In this document: positions 25,291 to 39,199 of the stretch, piece after piece
Layout: each line of letters opens with the position of its first letter
Position numbering within the stretch: the first letter of the stretch is position 1
NCBI GenBank assembly: GCA_964036045.1
Contig: OZ038378.1
Location: forward strand, 181,474,001-181,538,000
DNA: 64,000 bases
DNA from: Eutreptiella sp. 'Long Island Sound 2002'
Lineage: Eukaryota; Protista; Euglenida
Direction of reading: 5' to 3'
Translations under genes and position numbers: made by a program
Notes under the pieces: model-generated
What the model saw: only the letters and a program-made list of their open reading frames with translations
Databases searched by the model: none
Told to the model about the DNA's origin: nothing

Positions 25291-28200
25291 GAAGGAGTCA
25301 AAGGACCGCCGAGTAGGCTTTTCTTAGAGATGGTAACATATAAGGAATGGAATGAAACTAAGTTCCGCACACACGATTGGAAGAGATGTTTTTGACGAAA
25401 CTGCACTAGTCTAGCAACAGTACGAGAACGTCTCGGGAACTACCACTCCCGTAAGTGCAGCTTTCTCCCCGATCCATGACAGAGTCATTATCAAACAGAG
25501 AACACCACCTACAGATCTTCTCTAGGGTGTACCCACAGTGCAACGATGTAGTTGCCGTGCTCCATGCATGCTGTTCACCCGGGATTCTTCCTTGGGATCC
25601 TCAGGAATGGAGGCTTGTGCCCCTCGTGCCGCTCTTCTGGACTCTCCCCACCACCCGTATTCTCGTCGACTGTCTTCTCTCTTGGGGGGGCGGGGCTGTG
25701 TCCTCCTGATCTCCTGTCTCACGAGGGTGCTTCTTGCCCCATACCTCCATGGCATGCTTTAGCCCTAACTCAGGATATCTCTCTGGGACATCCGTTTCCT
25801 GCCAACACGGAGCATTTTCACATTTTTTCAGACTTTTCTCAACTTTTGGTCTAATGCACCAAAATGTCGTTACCTTGGGGGGGGGGGGGGGTATGTGTAT
25901 GCTTTTCAAAATCTGTGAGAAAACGCCGTTTGTGAGAAAACGCCGTTGCAGAAATGTATGGGTTGGGGGGGGATAGGTGACCATATTTTTGAGTACCGAG
26001 GCCGAACTTTTCGGCATTTCAGGGTTTTTGGGCCTCAGGCTGCTCCGCTCACACGTGCGGGACACCAACTCACAGGTTTTCCCCTGGGTGCTCCGACATA
26101 TTGTGGAGTTGGAGCAAAGTGAAAAGAGGTAAATGGATGCATTTTCACGTGCTGAATCCAAATATTGTGGTCTCATGTCCCAACTTGACAGCCTGTTTGA
26201 GAAATTCTGCCATCTTTGATTTCTTGCACTCTGGTGAGCTTGATGCTGCAACTTGCACCAGGCATCACCCGGGTGTCCAAGGTAGTTATTGGTCAAAGTC
26301 TTCTACATGTTGGGGTCTTGAGGGGACCCATGTTGCACATGTCTTCAACACATCAAATGCAACAAATCCACCCGAATGACATATGCCCACATGTTATTCG
26401 GTTAGTTGGTTTGTTACTCAGCCTTTATGGCAAACCAAATTTAAAACCCTGCTCCACCTGCCAGGCACGCAATCTTCAGTAATGTAGCTCAGACAGTTGG
26501 GCGGGTACGACGTGGCACCCTCATGCTTGCAACCTGTATCACCCACATACAGGCAGCCCAGAGTGAAGCGATTCACACCTGATCGCACATAACCCTGTGC
26601 CCTGGATTGCGATGAGGCAGGGCACACAGAGCACGTCTGGATGCAGCCCATGTCACGACAAAGTCTGGGTGGGACAAAGCACAGGACGCGCGGCGTGCGG
26701 AAGCGGCGCTACAGCGGAGTTCCCACCCTGGAGACGCCCTGCTCAAGGGGGAAAAGGAAATTGCTCTGTCCCATGACATGGGGTACATCAACCACTCCCA
26801 ATTAAGGTACAGCTATTCGTTGCTCGTCAATTGCGGAACCAGGTTCCTATACTTGTTTTCATCTGGAGTGAAAGCAAACATTCAGCCCTGTACAGAAAGC
26901 CCTGCTCTCGAAGGGGCTGACGTAATGGGGCCACTCCGTGAACGACGTTGCGTCTCCATGTTTTGCATTAGTCCCAAATCTGTATTGTCAACAATGCAGC
27001 GAGTAAATTTTTCTTTTCCCTTGGGCAAAAACACCAGCCATTCAGAGTGTCTGTGTCCCTGGGCTTACTGTACTGCCAGTAAGAGTGCTGTGTCGCTGGG
27101 CTTACTTTACTGCTGGACATCACAAGAAGACACCTCACGGCTGCACTATCTGCAACTGTGTGCACGTTGGACGCCGTCATTTTCCTCGAACCGCCTCTCC
27201 TTGTGCAAAATAGCATCTAAACTCATCACTAGAGATAGTGCAGAACCCCGTCTTTTCAGTAAAACACAAACTCTGGCCAATGCTTGCTCCGCTTCATGTT
27301 TTCACTTTCTCAGGGAGTCGTGGGTTGCTTCTGGCAGCCATGCCAGTCGTCGTGCGCATCCAACCTTCCCAAGTGCACTCTTTACCTTTGCCCCCTTCGG
27401 GCTTGGCTGATCCTGCCATCTACACCAACGCTCGAGAGTGAAGGCAGGGGGCTGCGAACCCATGGTTCTCTGCAGGACTACCAAGTTCAGCAGCAACTCT
27501 GACCCCAATATCCGTGACCATGCGCTTCATGGAACCCAAAATGAGTCATTTGCTTGGACACCCAGTTCCAGTGTTTGTCCCTCCTTATGAACCTGATGGG
27601 GATGTACTGCACACCCTCACAGGTGTACACGTGGTCCATAGCCAGAGGAACAGCTACGGAACAAAGAGACTATCGTGGGAAACTAAACTACAACCCATCA
27701 GGTTCTCTGACTCAATTTCCGCCCTTCTTCCTCCATTGCCCCATATTTCCCCATTGCCCCCATTTTCCTGTCGGTTCGTCCTTAGCCCATCCTCCCCATC
27801 ACCTCACAAGCCAAATGTGGCATGGCAGGGACTTTCTTTTAGGGGCTTTCATCGAGGCTTCCACATTTTTCTATCAAGGTCCGAGAATTCTCATCTTCCC
27901 CTCTATTTTCTCCCATTTTCCTAAAATTGCCACATTTTCCAGGTTAGTGTTCCGATAAATTTCCAGAGCTGGGAAATTCTGGGCCTGTGTACGTGGGCAC
28001 TTTGCTGGGCAGATGTTGGGATTCCCGTTGTCCAATTTTCTTCTGGGTGTGCCTTGTCACTCCTCTTTTTTGGGGGGCAGCAAGCAGTACACAACAAACC
28101 ACAACTCAGAAACAGCTGCAACTTGCAATCCCTTTTCAACTAAATGAAACCAAAATTGGCACTTTCCATTTGCAAGATATTGTGTGATTGTCCGTGATCA

Positions 28201-28371
28201 TGATGGATCGTCGGGGAAACCAGTACCCATGGTAGCTTCAACATTTCTTGATGATTTCCCATCCCAACCCTGCACCAACCCTCATATGACCTTCACATAA
28301 ATCCATATTGATCGCGCCAATAACCTTGCAGGCAGATCTACACCAATTTTTTTATGACCAGGGCCTCCCAG

Positions 28372-28706
28372 GGATGGATATAGTGAGCCCCCCCCCCAAT
28401 GACGAAATGACGATGACGAAAGTCGGCCGGCCAATTTGCGCCAATTTTCACCACTTTTGACCCTTAAAAAAATTGATTTTGGACCCCACCACATACATCT
28501 TCGCGTTCAGCACATTCCGCTGATCAAATTTGATGGGCCTCATGAGATTTTTTGAAAGAACCTTTTTTTCGAGATTTTGGACCACTTTTGGCCCCTCAGA
28601 AATAAAGTTCGGCAAAAATTTACCCTTTACCATAAGAGGCACAAAGGAGTTTCGTAATCGTCATTTCGTCATCTCAGGCCCCTCAGAGCCCCCCACCCAC
28701 CCATCC
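28372..28706. mobile_element. MITE-like foldback element, family D
   Basis: 23-bp inverted repeat 28399-28421 vs 28650-28672 (22/23 match). Outer GGATGG/CCATCC. Confidence 0.6.
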
Positions 28707-28799
28707 GCACCACAATAATTCAGTCAGTATTATATCCATCCCTGGGGCCTCCACAAATATGATACTGTGGGATTAAAGGGGAACAGCTGAAACCCATTG

Positions 28800-29480
28800 G
28801 ACATAATCCCCAAAAGTCCGAGAGTGTTCAAGATGCCAAGGCACCGCATGTTCTTCATTCTGGTCTTGTGTTGCAAGCCTGGTCTCAAGCAAAATTCAGA
28901 TAAAGTAGTTAGCGAACAAAACATGTGCACAGGACGAACAATATCCGTACCGGAATCGGACCGAGGGTTCTCGGCGTATGATACATGTTCCCCGACTTGA
29001 AGAGACTCAGCCATGGGGATCGGTGGCTGCTGCAATCGATTACAGTGGATACAGCCACCAAGCAAAGCAGGACAGGAAGATGTTTCGTTCTGTTCTGGCC
29101 TGTGCCTCGCGGACACTCGAGTAGGAATCAAGCAAGCCGGAATGATGCAACACAGTGTGCCAGTCATGTGCAGGACATGGTCCTCTGAAGAGAGAGCGGA
29201 ACAAAACTATGCTGATGCAGACTGCATGCAGAGGATGTCATGATCGCGTAGGATGATATTCGGAGGTGATAACCGGGTGACTTGCTATTGCACAGGTAGC
29301 GGCCAATAGAGTCGACATGCAGGGGTTCACGCGAGGGCACCTCTCTGCTGGAGGCTGCCGGACATGAGCCAACCCTCTGCCAGACGATGCGGCATGTCGG
29401 CAAACTGTTGTGGGCTCCACAAGGGCATTCATTGCAGCGCACTTTGCTCGAACACCGCTGAGCTGTAGCTGCATGTGCAC
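28800..29480 (-). pseudogene. Decayed non-LTR RT fragment
   Basis: VRQ..RCP..NP / LHVDSIGRYL...ISSYA(.)DILC resembles QGCPLSP..YADD with frameshifts. Confidence 0.35.
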
Positions 29481-32428
29481 CAGCAGATTACCGACTCAGG
29501 AAGTACTACCGCACTGGTCACTTTGCTTGAAATGTACACACCCAAAGCGAGTCCTGTTTGGATGCTGTGCTGTCTTCAAGGAAGAAGATCCGAAAAAAAG
29601 AGGACAACAATCTGTGCTGTACCCAAACTTGGGAAAAAATTGTTCTGTCTATGCGAAATGCCATCGCTTGATCACCACCAACCGGTATTTGACCACCAAC
29701 CGCCACGAGCCAACTGCCAACCGACGTCAGTTGGCAACCACCGCTGAACCAGCGACCTAAAGAAACAGAGACAAACGGCTGGTGGATCTGACAGACTTGC
29801 TACTACGGTCCGGCAGAGGCGGTGTCCGGCGGTGTTTGACGGTGTCCAGCAGGGGGAAACACCGCTCTCCCGGGAGCATAAATTGGCGTTTCCGGGACTG
29901 CAGCAGGGGGATCGGATATTCACGACGCTGCACCTCCCGCACACGGGAGACGGTCCTGGAGGTCGTGAGCCCTGACGAAGGTGGTGGTTGTACATGTACC
30001 GGGTGCGTGTAACGGCTTCCCCTCATGCCACTGTGGATCCTGTAAATCCCATGACACTGGCACTGGTTAGAGCAATGAAGTGGATGCGACAAGACGTTCT
30101 TTGATTGGAAAAAAAAGAATGCAGTCCAGAATGCAGTGGTCTCGTCACTCGGCGTCAATCGGAGGCCAGCGACGGTCGTGCTGAGCCAACCAACGGCGGT
30201 TGTGGACCAATCGAAGGTGGTTGGCGATGCAATGAAGGTCAGTTTCCCGGGGATGCCTTTTTTTGTAAAGATTGGAACAGAATTTGGTAAAAAAAAGCCG
30301 AAAATTTATGTACTTTGATACAGAATTTGCTCCACAGAAGATTTCCCTTGCGGAATCCCCCACTTGCCCCTTTGGTAGGTATTCCCGGACTGCTGTTGCA
30401 CAGACAAGGGGCTCCGAAACAATGGTGCGGCGTCACACAGCGTCAACATCCGAACCGCACGCGGGCGTGAGCGCACACTCCGTCCAGCGTAACGGGTTGC
30501 CTCGGGGTCTCAGGAAAGGGGTAGTCGTTGAATATGACCCTGACGCATGGGTTTGTTACATTCTGCCACTCTCTCCAATTTCTGCGATTGTTCCATCACC
30601 GTTTTCTGCGCCTCAGCATGAAAGCACGCAACCACAGCGCAAAGTGCCCCACTTACTTTCCCCCGGTGGGACTTCGCTCCTAAATTGTCAATACTGATTG
30701 ATCCGAGATATATGATAGAAATGCACGTTGATGCACGCACTTAGGGAGCACTGAAAAGCACCGCTCAACCGAAACTGGTCAACTACAGGAGCGCACGGTG
30801 AGGGATGTGCGCAATTAACTCCAAAACCTCCCGTCAGTTCTGGGGCGCTTGAAGGGTGCAAGGGGCGTCAAAGCAAAGTATAAAAAAGAGGTGAGAAATG
30901 CGGTTCGAAACGCTTATCGTCCGGCGGTAAACGGCTATCAGTAATGAGAGGCAGGCCACAGACACCCAACACAAACCGTCAGCAGGGACCTCAAGGGGGT
31001 GTCCGGCGATGAAGCGACTGCTGTTGGCTTCCCGCCCAATGACACGAAGACATCCGCCCTCCCGCGGTTCGATCCCACAAGTACCTGGTCAGTGAAACGA
31101 TGGACACTGTCATCCCGTCCCATTAGTCAAAAACGACCTGCCAGACGGAGATCCCGTTTTTTGACAAGCCCATGCTATTTGAACAGGCATGATCCGATAC
31201 AGTCGGCCCACAAACATGCCACCGTGCATTCTTGGCCATAAAACTGCTGCCAGAAAAACAATGTTCAAGGGTTGCCGCGCTTAGACACAGGCGTGCAGGC
31301 CAAATTGGGGATTTTGATCGTGTAGAATCTGTGCGATGTTGTCAGTATTGACTTGTATTTGCCACCGCGGGAACAAATCCTTTACAGTGCACATCAATAA
31401 TGTTGAGGATGCACTGCAGACTCACATTGGAGGCGTGGTCTGGCTCCACATATCCGAACAACGGGCAATGTGGACCGTACGGGGCTGCTTGCGGTGTGCG
31501 CGCACGGGCACAACGTGCACACACCACTGCACCCCAAAAGGCACTTCTAAGAGGTGCGCAGAACCAAAGTGTTCCCCGTCTTTGCGTTCATTCTTGCATT
31601 CCTTGTATTCTTTTACTACGCTAGCTCAACCATCTCAACTAGTGGTCAGGCCATGACAAGCTCTGGGCTGTTCGCAGGATGACATGGGCACATTAAACTT
31701 GGTTCACTGGGAGGTTAGGATGTGCCAACCTTCATAAGTCATCTCATTCTGCAAATATGAGAATGTGGTGTGTCTGGGTCGATTTGGAGGTTACGTGGTG
31801 TTATGATTTATCTTCGTGGCACCATAGCTTTGTTCTTCAATCTACACGCAGATTAAAAGCACACTTACTCAGGGAGGGATATGGCACAAGCATGTAGCAT
31901 CTGCATATCATACCGATGTTGTTTCCCCGAAATGCAAACGTCCTCAGAAGCCTTAAGCCTGTGCATCACACCATTGTGTTCCTTGCCCCAGCGGTTCACA
32001 TCAGGTGTACATCCACAGGAGTACGTGGCTTCTATTTGGGTCCCCCATCTGCCCCCCTCCAGTCCCATCTGTGATCACTGGTGAGGCGGACAGTCCTGCT
32101 GGGGAGGAGTGTCGGCCGCTTCAAAAAAATCCAGCTTCCAAAGACCTCTTATAGTTATATACGTCTTCAGATATATATATGTATATGTATATGTATATAT
32201 AGACATATATAGACGTCTTATCGTTATAGAAAAGGAAGGGGAAAAAATCGGAGGTGACAGCATCTGTTCCCGGAAAAATGCATTCATGCAATGTGCAATA
32301 TCACTAATGGTATGCCAAAACAGCAGCCGCCAACATTGCCATGCTTCCGCAGCAGCAGCGGTAGCAGCCGCCCAAACAAATACCCGAGCAGCGGCTGCAA
32401 CTGGGGGGTCCAACCTGAGGATAGACTA

Positions 32429-32707
32429 CTGGTGGGGGGGGGGGGGGGGGATATTTCCTATCTAGCAAAATCCGAATCTACAAATTCTGGCGCGACAAAA
32501 CCCGTGCGCAAAGAGGAGCGAACAAATTGTGACTTCCATGGGAAACTAATTATCATTAACCAAATCCTCTGGCATGGTACAAGTGAGCAAAGGCACAGCC
32601 TAACGTATACCAGTGCAAGTCTTTATAACCACCAAAAAAAATTGCGCACAAAAGTTTGGCATAGAATATGTGACACCGAAATTCCACCCTGTGTAATCCC
32701 CCCCCCG
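32429..32707. mobile_element. MITE-like element, family B copy 2 (shorter)
   Basis: Shares tctagcaaaatccgaatctacaaattctggcgcgacaa and gacttccatgggaaactaattatc with 10626-11056. Lacks about 140 bp present in copy 1. Confidence 0.7.
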
Positions 32708-33355
32708 TGCACAAGATGCATGCCCTGTAAAGGCTAAGCAAAACGCAAAACCTCTAGTGTCCTCCCGTGGCAAAAGCGACAGGTGCTGCTGGCTGGAGGA
32801 CGAACCCAGACAAGCATTGCAACATACGAAGAAGCGCAGCAGCCATCCGCCATTGGGCGTCTTTCAGTGCAACAGGGGGCATGCAGGTGGATGCGCACTC
32901 CCACTAAATCACACCCCGGTGGAACGCTAGGTCCGGCCCTGTCCTGTCCCGCTGCGCCTCTCATTCGGATGGATATGATCTGATCTGATCGTGCAACCAA
33001 CAGCTCTGTTGAGGTTCTCAAAACACCCTCCAAACATCCGCGCTCACCGCCACCGAACTCACCAAGTCACCAAACCAGGATTTTGGAGTGTGGGAAAATG
33101 GGGGAAATGGGGTAAATGGGGTAAAAGGGGGAGAAATGGAGAGACATGGGGGGAAGGGGGGGGGGGGGATTAGCGGGCATAGCCATTTTTCACAGTCCCA
33201 TTTGCCCCGACTTTTTCGGAGGTCGAAGATCTTCCCCACAGTTCCCTTTGTAAAAATCAGCTCACCGCACTCACCAACGGACTCACGAAGACTCAACGCC
33301 ACGACGGCGGCTAGTACGGATGCTTGACCCTCATCCCCCCCCCCCCCGATAGCGC

Positions 33356-33508
33356 TCAGCCCACTCTGTGCATGGTGATCTCCGCGTCCCGGCGGATGTC
33401 ATGACGGGCCTCGACGGCGAAATACATCGCGCCGTTCTCCGTCCACCGCATCTTAAACTCGCAGTTCGGTTCCACCGCGTCCAAAAAGTACCGCGCCTCG
33501 TTCTCCGC
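33356..33508 (-). CDS. Tandem-SET protein, last exon (SET2 C-half: AENEARYFLDAVEPNCEF...EARHDIRRDAEITMHRVG*)
   Basis: CAG acceptor 33511-33509, 51 codons including TGA. SET-like NEARY/PNC/DI..EIT motifs. Confidence 0.8.
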   Translation of the reverse strand, partial: AENEARYFLDAVEPNCEFKMRWTENGAMYFAVEARHDIRRDAEITMHRVG

Positions 33509-35450
33509 CTGAGGGAGGCGTGCCATGCGACAGGCGGCGGCAATGCAAGTGCTCCGTAGAGCGGACGCGACATGCGGCATGCTTCTGGCAGCTGTGGAGG
33601 TGGAATGTGCAGCGGTTTCTCTGCCGCAGCAGGACCTCGACCCTGGAAGTGGCACAGTGGAGACGTCGCTTTGGACTCGGGGTGGGGGTTGGGAGGTGGG
33701 GACACACCTCCCTTACCAACCAACACGTGCGGCTTGTTCGTCGTTGAGAGCAAACATGACATCCTTGGTCAAAAATTGGACGTTGCCTGCGTGCGTGCTG
33801 CGCGTGCACTCACGGTCCTCGGCCGTTCTAAATGCATCCTTGTGGCATCCAACCAGCCTTTTGGGAACCGATTCTCCCCACCAAAGTGCGAATTAGCTCA
33901 CGCGGAATTCGGGCGGCTGTAGATTGAGGAGGCCTTTGATCATACCCTCTGCGGTCGGAGTGGGGAGAGAGGTGCGGGGGGTACAACCGATATCCAGTGC
34001 CATGACTTTGGTGTGCCCTGCTTGTGGATCAGGGGGCAGTTGGGGGGTGGGGGGCTGCAGTGGCGTGGGCGTGCGGAGACTTGTGGGGCTCTGGCCTCTT
34101 AGCGAAACACGGGTACATCCACAACAAGACCCTCCTCGGGACCATGGGCGCCTTTCGGCTCTGCAGGCGGAGCGTAGCGTGACGCAGCGACCCGCTCCGC
34201 ACTCGGTCATTCCTCGACCGTGAGGGACTGGGGGTACTCTCGGATTTGTGGCAATGGCCCAAGGGGTTCCGGATCAGCAAAGCATTCCACATCAGCATCG
34301 TGCTCCCTCTCCAGGCCTTTTGCCCGTGGTGCCGTGCGGTAGACCCCGTAGAATGTCGTTTGCGCGGCCGACTTGTTGGTCGAGGGAGAGTGCGGGGGAG
34401 GGGGCGAGTGGTGTAGGCGCGGTGCGCTATCGAAGCAACGGGCCCGTAGCAGGCCGCCGAATTCTGAGTCGTCGGCTGTCCTTCGTTTGCGGGCGATTCC
34501 TCTGGGTACGAAAGCGATACGCACCAACTCGCGGGGCTCATTGGGCCAATGGCCCCCGGGTCCCTCTCGTGTCCTCCCGGTCCGACCGCGCCTTCCGGCC
34601 GGCAACAAGCGGCTGCCAGAACAGCACGGCCGAGCGGAGACCACAGCCAGAGACGCAGGAAGAAGTTCAGCAGATGCCCTCCGTGGACGTCTTTTCATTT
34701 CATCTCCTCCTCCTACCGCACCTGCTGCTCCTGCTGCCACTCCTTTTGGCCCCCAGACCGTTCGTCCAATCTGCCACCTTTTGCACAGCCCATAAATGCG
34801 GTCGATCTACGGGGGCCTGACCACCGATGGGCTGCGGCCGGCCAGGCAGCGGTAGTCGTAGGTCTTGGTGTCTTGCGGAGGACTCCTGCTTGCCTTTGCC
34901 CTCCCTCCAACTGCGGCGAAACGCGCCTATGACACTGTCCCAATGTCACTGAAAACCCTCTTTGTCGCTTTAGCAACTGAATCGTTTCCCAATGCGGCAG
35001 AAAAGGGGGGGGGGGGCATCAAACGTGGAGGTGGGCCGGTTGGGACTCACACACTTGGTCGCATTTTGTGGGCGCGTGCCTCCAGAGTGCGGCTGTTGGG
35101 AGGGGCGGGGGGGGGGGGGGCTGAGGGAGGTTTGGTATTGCTGGTTTGTGGGTGAGCGTAGATGTCTGTCGGACGGCTCATGATGGCAGCTACTGCCCTT
35201 CAGCGTGCACTCCCCCCGGCAGCAATGACGTCACACCCGTGTGTGAAGTTTGGAGGGAGAGGGGACATCCGGCAACGATGACAGAGCGTGTGCAGTGACG
35301 GTTTGCCCTACAGGACTGCAACAGAGCTGCGCGGCCCTGCACGGGAACGCCATGTCGGGTCGAAAGGTGGCCGCCATGGCTGCCCCGAAAGCGCAACCGC
35401 CTTCCCCTCTTCACGCAGGCCCCGCAACGTGGCCCTCACCGGCAACGCAC

Positions 35451-35648
35451 CTCAATGCCCCGAATCTTCGTGCCCGACGGGTAATACACGACAGCCTTCG
35501 GGTCGGGGGTCTCATTCGGCTCGAGGACTCTGCCGGCCAAGATCCCGATCTCTTCGCCTTGACGAAGCAGCCGCTTGGCAAATGCCACGTAACTGACCAC
35601 CCCCGTCACTTCGTCCTTGACGGACAGCACCTGAACGGACTTCATTTG
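35451..35648 (-). CDS. Tandem-SET protein, SET2 N-half exon (QMKSVQVLSV..VAFAKRLLRQGEEIGILAGRV..IRGIE)
   Basis: CAG acceptor 35651-35649, donor GAG|GTGCGT at 35450, 66 codons. Joins the last exon in phase 0. Confidence 0.78.
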
Positions 35649-35789
35649 CTGCGAAGGACAGGGCGTGCGATTCGAAATGCGGAGGACGGTCGGCAGACAG
35701 GAGAGTCACGGGCCGCGCTCAGAGGAGTGGCAGAGTCCCATTCATGTCCAAGTCTGGGCTGCATCACATCTGGACCTGGATCAGATCCT

Positions 35790-35879
35790 TCCGGTGCACC
35801 CGCTACAGATCCAAAGCTCAAGCAAAGCCTCATTTCAAACCGCATATTGTAGTACCACACATCATCACGCGAGGGCAGG
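35790..35879 (-). CDS. Probable exon of module 2 (ALPSRDDVWYYNMRFEM); 3' boundary uncertain
   Basis: Pyrimidine tract plus CAG acceptor. Aligns with LP...DWRFTW of module 1. Confidence 0.45.
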
Positions 35880-36709
35880 GCCCTGAAGGCAAAATGCAAA
35901 GGGCAAAAATGAGGGTGACGAACAATAATGAACAAAAGTTTAAAAAATGGTGTCAAACACCCAGTTCCCACCGGGTGGGAACTGGTTGCTTTAAGACTTG
36001 GATCCAAACAGACCCGAATGCGATCCGCATCCGGTACTTGTCCGTTGTTATGCACCCTATCGCCCTGGCATGGCGAGGGGACACGATTGGACCCCGGCCC
36101 CAAAGGGGCCTGTGGGGTGTGTGGAGGCCTGTGTTTGAATAGCAGTGAGGTGATGTGGACCTCAATACCTTTCAGAAAGCGGCTGCTGGCACTTAAAAAA
36201 GGGGTTGGGACACAAATGCCGGATGCAAGTACAAAACAGTTGGACACCTTGGAACGGCCAGGAGCTGTTTCAGCAGAATGGGCAATGGCTCCCGGAGAGG
36301 GTGGGCGGGGGGTGGGGGTTGCCATAAAGGCTGAGTAAATGTGCCAGTTGGTACTTCCAGGTCTACGCGTAAATAAATTGTTTACTTGCCTTTTTTGATG
36401 TTTCCAGAGATTTCAGGCCGGTGGTGATGCCCACTCAAGCAGAGGCAGGTCCAGATTCATGGGTACTAAATGGGGCAAAAAGCAGTTCCAATGCAAACCA
36501 ACATACGACAACTTTGCACGGTGCACGCACAGTGCATGCAAATCCATCGAATACTATACAAAAACAGTGGCAAAAGAAAATAATTTCTACTGTAATGTAA
36601 GCATACTTTTTTTGTAACTGTTGTGTGACTGTTCTAGCCTTCTGTCCGAAGCTGGAAAAGGGGGAAGGGGGATAACAAGAACAACCCAATAAAAAAAAAA
36701 TGCTGTTAC

Positions 36710-36850
36710 CAGAGGAGTTGAAGCATAGGGGGAGGAGGGCATCGATACACTCATCACGATAATGCTCCTGGCACTCACCACACGCTGTGACAGTGGAGTG
36801 CTCGCGAAAAAACAAGGCACGCACATCTGCCTCATCCGCCCCCTTGGCGG
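36710..36850 (-). CDS. Probable exon of module 2, Cys/His-rich (AKGADEADVRALFFREHSTVTACGECQEHYRDECIDALLPLCFNSS)
   Basis: CTGAT branch-like site plus CAG acceptor, donor G|GTAACA. Parallels STVYEC..C..EH...C of module 1. Confidence 0.6.
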
Positions 36851-37947
36851 CTGAGTTGCTTTAATCAGTCCAAACGTGAGGCGGGACATGGTCCCATGGT
36901 CCAAAAAGAGGGTGACAGACTTGCCTCCGAATGCAAGATTGCATGAAATGCAACAAAACACACACAGACTGGTACAACTCATCAGGGCCGCCACGCCCGA
37001 TGTTCCTAACCAAACCCCATCGCCACAACTGTCCAAACAAATGCTCAATGCTCAATGCTCAAGTTGGGGATATGGACTGGTTTGGTCTGGTTGGGGACTG
37101 TCTTGTACCCACGGTGATTGCTTTGATTTTGAGGTTGGGGGCCATGACAGCACTTATAAAAGCCAGATTCGCGTCACTGGGGTGTTCATTGGAAGAAACA
37201 ATGGAACTTTGACGGCCTAGCAACAGTCATACAATGATGTACATGGGTGATATAGGGAAAGGGGCCGGTCCATATCCCCAACTAAAAAGGGGCCATGTGA
37301 AAAGCGTGGATTAGGGCTCCATATCAAAAGTGGCCCAAAAAGATGCCTGGCGCGCTGACACTCCCCCTAGAGCCCCCACAGACATTTTGGTTACCTCTGG
37401 CATGGGGAAAGCAGTGGTGCCATGGCATGAAGGGTGACTTGAGCATTTTCTCATGGATATCTGAGTGCCAGGGGAAGCATAAACCGAGTACTTCTTTTTA
37501 CCCCTTGTACCCACCCCTAGTACCCAAGTAACCGAGTACCTGGGTACTCGTGATGGCGTCATTTTCACCGGTTTTATTGTCAGGGTACACGAAAAACAAA
37601 GCACTTGGGTTTCGTCAAGCACGTAGCCAGAGCCGTGTGGCTGAGTGAGACCCACAGGGTAACTCAGAAACGTGATATACCCAGTGCTATACCCATACAC
37701 AGAGCGAATCCCAGAAATGAGGCAAAAAGATGGACAAACATAGAGACATCTAGATAGAGAGCCACAGAGACACACAGAGTCACAGAGAGACAACAAGAAC
37801 AAAAATAGGCGGACACAGAGACATATAGACACTGTTTCTTTCGGATTGATTTCGACCTGGGGGAACTAAAAGATGTTCAACAAGAGAGTGAAGTGAGTGG
37901 GTTCTGGTATTAGTTTCCCCCGATACAGTTTACTCAACAGCATGTAC

Positions 37948-38040
37948 CTGAGGCTTGGCGATGGACCGTAGTAGACTGGGTTCCACCCAATCCCAGATTG
38001 GAACCGACGTGAATTCATGTCCTGCCGGAAAGTCGTGGGC
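37948..38040 (-). CDS. Probable exon (AHDFPAGHEFTSVPIWDWVEPSLLRSIAKPQ)
   Basis: ctctttttcAAG acceptor, CAG|GTACAT donor, 31 codons, phase 0-0. Confidence 0.55.
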
Positions 38041-39108
38041 CTTGAAAAAGAGAGATATGAATAACAGCCACACGCAAAGTCTTCTTGTTCACATGCTACA
38101 CTCCGACTGTGATGCATCATCCTTCAACCAATATCGATAAATCTAGAATCCGCTGCAAAACCATAAATCTCCCTACAACTGGTGCCACCCCCCCTGGCAC
38201 TTGCAATCCCCCTGCAATTGTTGCAAAAGCTTCAGTCACTGCAATGGATCCCTCTGCAACTGCCATGCATCTCCCTGCCACTGCCACGCATCTCCCTGCC
38301 ACTGCTATGCATCCCCACATCCAACCCAATACCACTATCCGTTCTTGTGGGACTGCCTCAGATGGTGTTGAACCAAAGCCACGAAACCTCCGCAGCAGAG
38401 AGGTCGTGCTACGAAGAAATCCGAAAAGAGCCCCAAATTGCTGATTGTCAACTTTTCAGCAATGACCTTCCAATTTCTTCTCAATTTCGTGTTGCCAGCC
38501 GTTTGGTGAGCCTCTCTGTTTCTTCTGTTGGAAATGCGCTTTCGAACAGCCCCAAAGCCTGTTCAATTCACATCTAATTCACATGCAATCGGCAGCGCAA
38601 AACAAAATGCTGACAACACCTCCCTAGTCTGTCTGTTCGGAAGTTACTGTGTCGCCGTGGATACGCATCCAACCAATATCAACAACCCGCCGAAAGCCAT
38701 ATGCCGTACGACAACGAACGATCCGCACCCGTTTGCCTGCAACACAGCACCTGGTGACCGCGGCAAACACAAACATGAACGGATTCTCATAAAACCCAAA
38801 GCACGACGACCCACGGCGACTACGCAATTGCTAGCAATTCCCAACAACATCACCTGCGTCCATCTCAAACCACATTACATCCGCCCTTACAGGGCCGTCC
38901 AGAGTGCTAAAAAGCAAAACAGGCCGACTCCGGTACGTCTGAGGCCCCAGAGCGCATCGGCCGGTCTGGCTGATCAGCAAGTGTCGTCAATCGACCGTCG
39001 ACCGCCATCGGTCAACAGTAATCGTGCCACGCAACGCCCCAGGCTGTTCCTACAAGACACCTCTGGCCCCGGTGGATCGGACTGACGGGGGATGCGGAGG
39101 CAGCATAC

Positions 39109-39199
39109 CACCAGGTTCTCCACACCGTCTTCCACGCCGTGTTTGGACGGAGTAGGTTGCTTCATATTGCCCCAATACGAATCGTCCCCGTAATCCAGC
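39109..39199 (-). CDS. Tandem-SET protein, SET1 terminal exon (LDYGDDSYWGNMKQP...)
   Basis: CAG acceptor, GTATGC donor. Completes GAELL|LDYG..YW in phase 2. Confidence 0.85.

Noticed and set aside
25300-32100. Intact gene between the two loci
   Set aside because: Only short ORFs with scattered RT/knuckle-like remnants and repeats are present. No consistent exon chain could be built.
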